DNA of 64,000 nucleotides from Octopus sinensis (taxonomy: Eukaryota): positions 75,392,001 through 75,456,000 of the forward strand of contig NC_043000.1 of the NCBI RefSeq assembly GCF_006345805.1. Reading direction: 5' to 3'. Position numbers and translations under genes: made by a program. The first letter of the stretch is position 1; each line of letters starts with the position of its first letter. The notes below the pieces were generated by a model. The model was not told the origin of the DNA. It did not search any database and saw nothing but the letters and a program-made list of their open reading frames with translations. Shown here piece after piece: positions 24,196 through 36,344 of the stretch.

Positions 24196-25349
24196 AACAC
24201 TTTTCACCATTCCACTTGGAGAGATTTTATATATATATATATATATATATACATACATACACACATATACATACATACATGTGTACACACACACATGTAC
24301 ATATATCAGTAGGTGCATGTATGTGAATGCAGAATAGGAATTTCATAATTTTCACAATGTCTCTGTATGTTCGTGTGTGTGTGTGTAATGGTTAAATGAC
24401 TTTTATCATATAATTGTGTATGAGTGAGTGACTTCATCCCCCCCCCCCCATGTGTACTGGTTTTTAAACAATAGCTTCTTGCTAGATAGGCTGAGAGTTT
24501 ATTATCTCACTTTCAGCTTCCTCTCATCTGACCACTCCAAGCATGTATAATTCCCTACTGTAAATAGCAGCAATGTTGTTGAATTAATAAAGGATTCTGT
24601 GCAGAATTCAATTTCTTTTGTGTCAAAGCTATATATGGAAAATATTTCTCTCTCATCTGTTTAATGCTGCTGAAAGCAGCGATAAATATGAACCTTATTA
24701 GCTAACATTCAGCTTAACACAGCGAAACTATGTTCTATTACTGAAGTAGTGGCCATCATTATAAAATTTACAAGTTGTTTTGTGAGATTCCTGTTGATCC
24801 TTAACCTTTTAGCATTCAGATTTCAATTAATTATGCTATTTAGATTTTCATGTAACCTTGAGATTTTGTTGGTGTGATTGTTTATTTTCAGAATGATTTT
24901 GTAGGATATGTGAGAGGTCAGATCTGACTATTTTGAGCATAAAACAGGTAGAATAGACACATCATCATAAACAGCTCACTTAGACATCATCATAATCTCC
25001 TACATCATTTTATATCTATTTACCGTGCTGCACAGGCCAGACAGTTTGACAGGATCTGACTATGGTTCAGTGGTGAGCAATAGGAAAAGTTTTCAACTGT
25101 TAAAGCAGATGTTCCACTATGCAAACCAACTCATTAGTGCAATGAAGTGTAATAATATATACATTCATCAATAGACAAGTTGTATCAAACATGTACACCC
25201 TTTACTATAAAAGATCTTTCATAAAAATCTATAATCTAGGCATGAAGTTGTTATCTCAATACCTCAATATGAAATAACTCAATACATGTTGGATGTATTT
25301 ATTGAAAGTAAGGAATGTACTATAATAAAATTAACTTTATTGTATGAGA

Positions 25350-26501
25350 CTAGCTGAAGGTGACCCGCTCTACGCGCGGGTAAGAGTGTGGTTGTTACTT
25401 TCTGTTGCTTCCTTTCAGCACGTAAAAAGCACCATCCGAATGTGGCCGATTGCAGCGCCACCTTGACTGGCTTCTGTGCTGGTGGCACGTAAAAAGCACC
25501 AACCGATCGTGGCCGCTGCCAGCCCCCCTGGCACATGTGCCGGCGGCACGAAAAAGGCACCCACTACGCTCACAGAGTGGTTGGCGTTAGGAAAGGCATC
25601 CACCTGTAGAAACACTGCCAGATCAGACTGGAGCCTGGTGCAGCCTCCTGGCTTCCCAGACCCCGGTCAAACCGTCCAACCCGTGCTAGCACGGAAAACG
25701 GACATTAAACAATGATGATGATGATGATTCTCCCTCTTTGTTTCTCTCTCCTTTCTCTCGGACTCTCCTTCGCTTTCTCTTACTCTATCTTTATCTATCT
25801 CTCTCCCATTTATAAACAACAAAAGATCTTGCGTAAGTTGAGAAATAAAATATTTAGAAGGATCAATCATAAATATCAGGCAGTAACAACGGAAAGGTCT
25901 GCTTCAAGGCAGACAGCAAAACACTAACATTTAAAAGGGACAGACGAACTTGCGAGCTGAATAAAAATAATAAAATATTGGAAACCAAAGTTTGAAGGGA
26001 TAGAATCTGAGGATAGTAGAGTCACCATGGCTGGCATTTCTTAATGACGGACAGCAACATATTGACAGTTTAACGGCTGGCGTAAAATTTTGAACTTGAT
26101 GTAAAAGAAAATCCCTAAACACCAAGTTTTGAATTGATTCTTTCTCACGACAGTAGACTCACTATGGCAAGCATTCAAAACTTCTTCATCATGGATGGCA
26201 ACACATTGACGATTAAAAGGCTGGCACAAATTTTTTAGCTTGATGTAACAGAGAATTGCTAAACACCCACTCCTTTAAATTTTAATCCCCTTCAAGCCCC
26301 ATTTAGACCCCTTTTCACATTTTGGTTAATATAACCCGATTTCATTCAGGTCTACTGGGGCCACATTTTATAAGATGAGGAATTTTGTCCTAGAGGTCAC
26401 GCCTTTCATTTGAGGAAAAAAAATAGTTGTCATGCAAACTTGCCAGCACTTTAGCATAGGTGTGCATATTTTCAGCTCAACCGACCACATAATGCATACA
26501 T

Positions 26502-26534
<33 letters not shown>

Positions 26535-27275
26535 TGGAGTCTCTCTTATACGTGAGCGTTGACGCTGAATTCGACTGGTAAGCAGGTAACCTTGTCTTTG
26601 TTGAAATAGTTGTGAGCTGCTGGAGCTATTTCTCTGATGGGTAATAAGAATTTCTATATCCTCCGAGGAAACGAACTGTTGACCCAGACAATTAGAATTA
26701 ATTTTAATAAAAGCATCAATTTAAGAAAATATAATAAAGTAGTAAAAAATGAAAATTTAGCACGAAAAATTTGCAGGGTTCTAAGTAAATGTTAAAATGT
26801 AATAGATACGAAAAACCTATGTTATCACCAGAACACGAACGCACGTTGGTGTGTTCTGTTTGTATTTGCTCGATCGGCGCGTTGACAGGCAGACACTAGA
26901 ATTCCATGGCGAGATTCATAATATTTGTTGTCATCTGTTGGTTGTGGCGATGATAATTCTCTCTATGAATGCAGACAGATACATAAGTGAAAGTTTTGGG
27001 AAGGTAGGAAATAGAGTGAGTGAAAAAGTGCTGGGAAGAGAGGAAATAGCGAGAGTGAGTTGAGGAAGACAGATACATTAAACAACGGGAGTGGACTTGT
27101 CAAAGTGGGTTTTTGGCCCTAGCAACAACACCTTTTAAGATAGGGATTTCTAAGGTAGCCCACGGGCATCGTCACCTCAGTTTACATCTCCCTGTAAATT
27201 TTGGAGTGAATCGGACGTAGTGGCCTTGAAAGCGATCCAAGCGGTAAAAACACATTTCAGTTTTATATATAGAGA
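25350..27275 (-). mobile_element. Non-autonomous Helitron, copy 1 (leftmost) of a tandem trimer
   Basis: Minus strand: 5' TCTCTATATATAAAACTG ... hairpin ACCCGC/GCGGGT ... CTAG 3', followed by host T at 25349. Confidence 0.85.
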
Positions 27276-28743
27276 CTAGCTGAAGGTGACCCGCTCTACG
27301 CGTGGGTAAGAGTGTGGTTGTTACTTTCTGTTGCTTCCTTTCAGCACGTAAAAAGCACCATCCGAACGTGGCCGATTGCAGCGCCGCCTTCACTGGCTTC
27401 TGTGCCGGTGGCACGTAAAAAGCACCAACCGATCGTGGCCGCTGCCAGCCGCCCTGGCACCTGTGCCGGCGGCACGAAAAAAGCATCCACTACACTCACA
27501 GAGTGGTTGGCGTTAGGAAGGGCATCCACTTGTAGAAACACTGCCAGATCAGACTGGAGCCTGGTGCAGCCTCCTGGCTTCCCAGATCCCGGTCAAACTG
27601 TCCAACCCGTGCTAGCATGGAAAATGGACGTTAAACGATGATGATAATGATGATTCTCCCTCTTTGTTTCTCTCTGCTTTTTCTCTCACTTTCCCACTCT
27701 CTTACTTTTCTTTTCTCTCGCTTTCTCTTACTCTCTATCTTTATCTATCTCTCTCCCATTTATAAACAACAAAAGATCTTGAGTAAGTTGAGAAATAAAA
27801 TATTTAGAAGGACCAATCATAAATATCAGGCAGTGACAACGGAAAGGTCTGCTTCAAGGCAGACAGCAAAACGCTAACATTTAAAAGGGACAGACGAACT
27901 TGCGAGCTGAATAAAAATAATAAAATATTGGAAACCAAAGTTTGAAGGGATAGAATCTGAGGATAGTAGAGTCACCATGGCTGGCATGTCTTAACGACGG
28001 ACAGCAACGTATTGACAGTTTAACGGCTGGCGTAAAATTTTGAACTTGATGTAAAAGAAAATTCGTAAACACCAAGTTTTGAAGTGATTCTTTCTCACGA
28101 CAGTTGACTCACCATGGCAAGCATTCAAAACTTCTTCATCATGGACGGCAACACATTGACGATTAAAAGGCTGGCGCAAATTTTTTAGCTTGATGTAACA
28201 GGGAATTCCTAAACACTCGCTCATTTAAATTTTGATCCCCTTCCAGCCCCATTTAGACCCCTTTTCACATTTTGGTTAATATAACCCGATTTCATTCGGG
28301 TCTACTGGGGCCACATTTTATAAGATGAGGAATTTTGTCCTAGAGGTCACGCCTTTCATTTGAAGAAAAAAATAGTTGTCATGCAAACTTGCCAGCACTT
28401 TTAACATAGGTGTGCATATTTTCAGCTCAACCGACGACATAATGCACACATATATATATATATATGCGTGTGTGTGTGTGTGCACGCATTATATATACAA
28501 ATGTATACAAATTATATATATATATATATATGTATAAATTAAATTAGAGATAAAACCACTAATAGGCAAATCAAACTGTGAAAAACCAAAAACAAAAACA
28601 TAAAAATATAATATATAAAATATAAAATTGAAAAATTTAAATTATTTAAATTTAAAATAAAAATTATTAAATTATATTTATAATTTGTTTAAAAATATAT
28701 ATAACTGTAGTGACGTCATATTCCAGTGTGCGCACACGCAACA

Positions 28744-28846
28744 TCATTCTTCAGTGTGTGTGTGCGGAACGTATTCTTCAGTGTGCGTGTGCGGAACGTA
28801 TTCTTCAGTGTGCGTGTGCGGAACGTCCTTCAGTGTGCGTGTGCGG
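28744..28846. repeat. 27-bp tandem repeat (about 4 copies) in the LTR U3
   Basis: ATTCTTCAGTGTGCGTGTGCGGAACGT units. Confidence 0.85.
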
Positions 28847-29286
28847 GTTTGGAACCTTCTGGAAAGGCACAAGGAAGTTCCCTCATGCACATGCGCTAGA
28901 GACTGGGGAAGAAATTCTATCGCGCTCCTTAATAGCGTCGTTGACTTGAGATGGCGATCGTAGAGAAAGGACGTATTTTTAAACGTGTGATCAGCCTATT
29001 CTCCTGTCCCAGACGCTTAGGATTTGACCTGCTCTGTTGCTGCTGAATTGTTGTAAGATTCTTACAAACGTTAAAATTCAGCCTTGCTGTGTTGAACTAA
29101 GTGGATACCAATATACCAACGTGCTTCATTCGTGAATAAGAGAATAAAGAATCATATATATTTTTAAACTTGCGTTTCGTTCCTGACTGGTAGTTTCTAG
29201 AAACAAAAGGAAGGAAATTGTGTTGCACCCAAGTTGCACCCAAAGAGTGTAAAGAAGCAACCAGTTCCCTTTACAGTGGTGACCCC

Positions 29287-29657
29287 AAGTTCTGGTCATA
29301 GACCATAGAACACTCAACCAAGTTTCCCGAGTTCTGGTCATAGACCATATAGAACAGTCGAGCAAGTTTCCCGAGTTCTAGTCATAGACTCAACCAAGTT
29401 CCCTTTACAGTGGTGACCCCAAGTTCTGGTCATAGACCATAGAACACTCAACCAAGTTTCCCGAGTTCTGGTCATAGACCATAGAACAGTCAAGCAAGTT
29501 TCCCGAGTTCTGGTCATAGACCATAGAACACTCAACCAAGTTTCCCGAGTTCTGGTCATAGACCATAGAACAGTCAAGCAAGTTTCCCGAGTTCTGGTCA
29601 TAGACCATAGAACACTCAACCAAGTTTCCCGAGTTCTGGTCATAGACCATAGAACAC
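29287..29657. repeat. 42-bp tandem array with alternating variants (84-bp higher-order unit) in the LTR leader
   Basis: AAGTTTCCCGAGTTCTGGTCATAGACCATAGAACA followed alternately by CTCAACC or GTCAAGC. Includes a second copy of the LTR-end/PBS at about 29395-29421. Confidence 0.9.
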
Positions 29658-31274
29658 TTAGCTAAAATCTAGTTTCTACCTAGTCTGAACCAATCAATCT
29701 GCCGCAGTCTTCATCCACACAGTGCTTACTCAACTATGTTCCAGTTCCAGCGACAGACGACCAGACCAGCCAGTCATGTTCCTGCTCCAGCCAATGACAA
29801 CGCTAACATACATCAGCAACGCCACCGACGCCTTCATCTCAACGTCGCCTTTCTCTGCCATCACCATCGTTGTTTCCATCTCCGTCGCCTTCATCTCCAG
29901 CAACACTAATATGTACATAGCACTCATTCAGGTTTAGCTTTCACGCTGTTATGATTTTCACCGAGGTTAACAGCACAGCACTGCCTGCAAGATCTTCTGT
30001 ACCAATGTAACCAGGCACAGCATTGAAGCCACAACCGCTACATGACATGTTCAACCGGCATCTGCACTTGTGATCCGAACATCCTGTTACAGAACGAACT
30101 GCTATTATGTACTTTACTACGAACTGGTAAATTAACTCCATCTTGTCTGAAATACCCTGAGAGACTTTTCCTATGCGCTGTATTTTGTTTTGCCCGCATA
30201 CACCTTGTTTGTACTTCTGTCGCACACATGAAAACACATAGTTAATACACACACAAATGCTATCTCTGTCGCATTCATATGCCACACATGCCTTTCTCGC
30301 TTGTTTTCCATGCTCAATGTGCCCTTGTAAACACAACTCATCTCTGTAAGACCCTAGGTCAATCACGCATACATAGAGAAAGTTGTTTGTCCCTTACAAC
30401 GCGCCAGCATGTCACACTTTTGTTCCTGCACGACCGAGGCATATATTAGCTCAAGCACTGGCTGGCAGCCTCAGCCTTACTGCATTAATCACTGGCATAT
30501 TCAATACTGTACACTGTATTTCAGCCTAGCAAGCCCTATTGCACTCATGCACCTCTGTTCTGCACGTGTACTCCCTTGTTTTGCAACACGCCTGTGTCAG
30601 CTCAATTCTTCTCCCGACTCAAAGCACGTCAGATGTTCACATGCGCTGCGCTCATGTTTAGGCATAATTTCCCCCTGTTGGTCACGTAATTAACAGAGAA
30701 AATTATCTGTCTCGCACCCAAGTTGCACCCAAAAAGTGTAAAGAAGCAACCAGTTCCCTTTACGTAACTATCAAAAAGTATTAAAACGTTTAATATACAT
30801 AAATACAGATATATACACTTTGTATATATACATTATATATACATATTTATATATAGAAACACACACACACATATATAAATGAACGCAAGAAATATCTGAT
30901 TCATAATATTTGTTCTCACAATTGTGTGTTGTTTGTGGCGATGATAATTCTCTCTGCGATGCAGACAGATACATAAAAGAACGCCGTTCAGCGAACTTAT
31001 AAAGGAAAAGTGAAAGGGAGTTAGAGGGGAATGGAGGAAATAGTGTGAATGAGTGAGGAAGACATATACGTAAAAGAACTGGAGTGGAGTTGTCAAAGTG
31101 GGTTTGTGGCCCCTAGCAACAACACCTTTTAAGATAGGGATTTCTAAGGTAGCCCACGGGCATCGTCACCTCAGTTTACATGTCCCTGTAAATTTTGGAG
31201 CGAATTGGACAGGATGTAGTGGCCTTGAAAGCGATCCAAGCGGTAAAAACACATTTCAGTTTTATATATAGAGA

Positions 31275-33362
<2,088 letters not shown>

Positions 33363-33509
33363 TAAATACAATAAAGTTACATATATCAGTTTTCCTTTTA
33401 CTTTCACTGTGCCACCAGAAGAGATAATTATTATTAAAGTTAGTGGTGAGAGTCATTCATATATCAAATAAGCAGGACCATCCAGTTGTTGCCATCTCAC
33501 TTCACTCAC

Positions 33510-33594
33510 ATTAGAAAACATAGGCATCTCAACTCCCTATTTCCATGCAAAATAATCTTAGAAACAAAATCTGTCACTCTCGGCTGTAGAAAAT
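33510..33594 (-). CDS. Candidate 85-nt exon of an unidentified minus-strand gene (xFLQPRVTDFVSKIILHGNRELRCLCFL)
   Basis: Acceptor TTTTTACTAGTTTTATTTTATCAG| and donor |GTGAGT on the minus strand, in non-repetitive sequence, with one open frame. No protein recognised. Confidence 0.3.
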
Positions 33595-33824
33595 CTGATA
33601 AAATAAAACTAGTAAAAATTAGTGTTCAATTAACTGTCATTTTTTTGTATTTCCTTTCTTCACAAGAATTTAGTGAAAACAAATATCATTATTTCAAGAT
33701 GATTTCCCTTCACCATCAAAATTTTATTTTATCATTTCTTCTTGTTAAATGTAAATGTACACCAATTTAAAGAAAATTTATATTATAAAGCACGAAAAGA
33801 AAATGTCTCTCCCCAGACACAAAA

Positions 33825-34500
33825 GAAAAAAATATTTTTGGTTAATGTTTACAAGTATGCCAGCACAAAAAAATCAACCTTTTTCTTTCTAAAACATTTT
33901 TTCAGTGTATTCCTATGTTTTTGATGCCAGCAATCCTGAATATGCCAAAATCCACGTTTTCAAAATTTTTTTAATTCCCCCTCCCCACCCCTCATTTTTA
34001 AACTTTAGCTTTTTTTCGATTTTTTTTTTCAATCTACGTGGAAAAATATGGAGATTAAGAATATGGGGGAAAAAATTTTATTAATTTAAAATTTTCTATG
34101 GGGAAACTCCAAAATTGACTTATACACCCCATCCCACTATCTAAAAGGGAAAATGAATGGCTTGTGTGTTAGCGTGTGTGAATGAACAGAGAAAATACAC
34201 CTAGATATGTTTTACATACCTGTCATATATGTTGATTTTGCTTTTTTGCTTTAAGGTAAACAGTCCTGATAGAAGCAAACACGATATTCAATAATATGTT
34301 TGTGTGCTTCATTCAGAAAGAATAAAAACTTCATGGGACTTCATGTGTATCTGCCTGCAGATGTGTTGCAGGGAGGGAGGGGGTGCACAAGAAACACATT
34401 TATGGAAAGGTAGTGATAAAAATTTTATGACAATAAATTTTCTTTATATTCCATATTTGCAATTCTCCACATAAATAATAGGAAAGTGGGTATTAAACTT
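33825..34500. repeat. ~670-bp repeat, inverted partner of about 39745-40420
   Basis: Continuous reverse-complement homology, e.g. GAAGTTTTTATTCTTTCTGAATGAAG, TGTTTGCTTCTATCAGGAC, GACAGGTATGTAAAACATAT and AATCTCCATATTTTTCCA. Noticeably diverged. Confidence 0.8.
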
Positions 34501-34621
34501 AAAGTTTTAACATTTTTGGGAACAACATACTCTCTCTTCTCATTAAATATTGAAAAAGATAGAAAATAAATGATAACATACGAATCAATGAATATGCTTT
34601 ATAGGTGTGTATTATGCCCGT

Positions 34622-34902
34622 GGGCATATGGCATAGTGATTAAGAGCACAGGCTGCCAACCCCAAGATTCCGAGTTCGATTCCAAGCAGTGACCTGAACA
34701 ACAACAACAACAATAATAATAATAATAACAACAACATCAAAAATTACATTAGGAATAAGAATCCAGGTTCGAAATTTCCCCAAACACCTGAAGAAGGCTG
34801 GAGGGTATATTAGCCGAAACGTGTTAACAACAAACAAGATGAGGACAAATATCTGTCGAATGTAAATAATGTACATAATTCCTCATCTCTTAAATATAGA
34901 AC
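34622..34902 (+). mobile_element. tRNA-headed SINE-like element with a hammerhead-type 3' region
   Basis: A box TGGCATAGTGA (34629-34639), B box AGTTCGATTCC (34673-34683), an (AAC/AAT)n spacer, then ACAC-CTGAAGA-AGGCTG-loop-TAGCC-GAAAC. Confidence 0.8.
34784..34824 (+). ncRNA. Minimal type-I hammerhead ribozyme remnant (Penelope-type); the cleavage-site GTT appears deleted
   Basis: CUGAAGA and GAAA core flank stem II GGCUG/UAGCC. Stem I is ACAC/GUGU. Confidence 0.55.
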
Positions 34903-34994
34903 CGTATGTCGTGTTGTGTTGTTTCTGTTAACTGCAAAAAAAAATGTGTTATGTGTGTTTTAAAAGATACTAATTAAATCATTTTTGTGTATAG

Positions 34995-35949
34995 TCTTCC
35001 ATGTCTTCAGGAACTTGGATATAATGTTGCAGCCTCCACAAGAAACTTATGAAGTTGCTGGGTTGGTGGTGAGACAGCCTGTAAGAAAAGGAACTGAGCA
35101 ACGTACTGCTTCAGGTACTCAGGCCTCATTCCAGGTCGAATAATGCTCTTCTTGAGTGTTCCCCATAAACACTCAATATTTTGAGTGTGAACAGATGGGT
35201 TGACTGGATCAACAAAATGATGACTATGGTTCACTTGATAGTGGGTATAGCCCAGATTGTTGAGGTTACTATAGGCACGTCAGCACTCGTAATAAATAAT
35301 TGACCCCTGCCTGATGTAATGGGTGATGTGTGCAGTCAGGGTCTCAGCATCTTGTCTGTTGGCCTCACCACATTTGTTTAACAGTGGAATCATGAATGCC
35401 TTCTTACTTAACCGTTCCAGTCCACCAAAAGGCTAAACTGTTTTCACAGTCCTGTTGCATTGGTGTTTCCGATGAACCAAAACTGTCTCGTCAATTTCTA
35501 CTTCACTCCCGGCCCTCCGATAACAGTTTGGTGGTTTTCTGCCCGAAACTGGCAGGCCTCCAAACAGAAAGACCGCCAATCAACGGAGGTTTTACGGCAG
35601 AATCCAAGGTTTTCCTCTATTGATTTGTGCGACCAAGCTGTGTTGAGGAAGTGGTTCACAAAAAGCAAAACTTTCCAAGGCGGAAGATGGATGCCTTCCA
35701 GAAAGGTGTCCTTAAATGTAGATAATAGTATCCACATTCCCTTCTAGACTGTTCACATTGTCATATTACCTTATAGCAGCGCCATATGTTTGTCCCTTGG
35801 CACAAAATGCACAGGGTATTGCAGTTCAAAAATCTCATGTACACAGCAGGAGACTGTTCAGCTAAAAATGCAATAGAGGCATCATTATTGCCATGGAAAC
35901 GGAGTATGCCTTCATATAAACTGACATTGCAAGAGTTGCAAAGAGCCAT
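34995..35949 (-). mobile_element. Merlin (IS1595/ISXO2-like DDE) transposase pseudogene
   Basis: Frameshifted fragments: KTSVDWRSFCLEAC, IGGPGV-EIDETVLVHRKH, FGGLER and NHSHHFVDPVNPSVHTQNIECLW...YLKQYVAQF. Confidence 0.85.
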
Positions 35950-36344
35950 GCTGCTGTATCAGGTCTTCAAATTTAAGGGTGTGTAACGGTTGTTGCTGTT
36001 GCAGATGTGCAAGATGAACGAAGAACAGTGATCGAAGTTGCAAAGAAATATTTATTTGCCGTTACTTAATATAATGCCATGCCTCGATAGGCAGGTATGA
36101 TATAATTGAAAGAGCATGCGAGGTTAAAAAAGTTAATTTTGGCCTCTAATGTGTGTACATGTTCTTATTGTAGTAGTAAACCATAGATAGTGCTAGAATG
36201 ATATTGTAAGAGAAAAGAAATTGAGCTAGTGAAAGTTATAGAGTCATGGGAAGTTGTCATAGTTGGCTGATTGTAACCTTTCTCCTTTTGGCTGTTTATC
36301 TTTTGTGGCTGACAGCCTGTGGGCATGACTCTAGTTGGTCTCTG

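Larger units (their letters stand above)
28706..30764 (+). mobile_element. Non-coding LTR retroelement (Gypsy-type PBS)
   Basis: 570-bp 5' LTR TGTAG...TTACA (28706-29275), then G and TGGTGACCCC (complementary to the tRNA-Trp 3' end). The last ~50 nt of the LTR recur at about 30714-30764. 4-bp TSD TAAC at 28702-28705 and 30765-30768. No gag/pol motifs seen. Confidence 0.7.
27276..31274 (-). mobile_element. Non-autonomous Helitron, copy 2, interrupted by an LTR element and another repeat (about 28460-30890)
   Basis: Same termini as copy 1. 27276-28460 aligns to 25350-26520 and 30895-31274 aligns to about 26910-27275. Confidence 0.85.

Noticed and set aside
24502-24660. Minus-strand open frame (..FSIYSFDTKEIEFCTESF...GNYTCLE..) vaguely like Cys-loop receptor loop C
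   Set aside because: Single short motif within the presumed RBBP8 3' UTR, with no other receptor exons found.
29287-29657. CRISPR-like array
   Set aside because: Contiguous tandem units with no unique spacers, eukaryotic context and no cas genes; it is an LTR leader repeat.
29941-30366. 141-aa minus-strand ORF inside the LTR element as a novel protein
   Set aside because: No recognisable motif, antisense to the PBS orientation, and its length is compatible with chance in this GC-richer segment.
34220-34265. AG...GTATGT-bounded 46/47-nt exon-like segment in both inverted-repeat arms
   Set aside because: The two copies differ by a frameshift, and the phase does not fit the neighbouring candidate exons.
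34622-34690. tRNA gene
   Set aside because: A/B boxes are present but there is no complete cloverleaf or acceptor stem; it is a SINE head.
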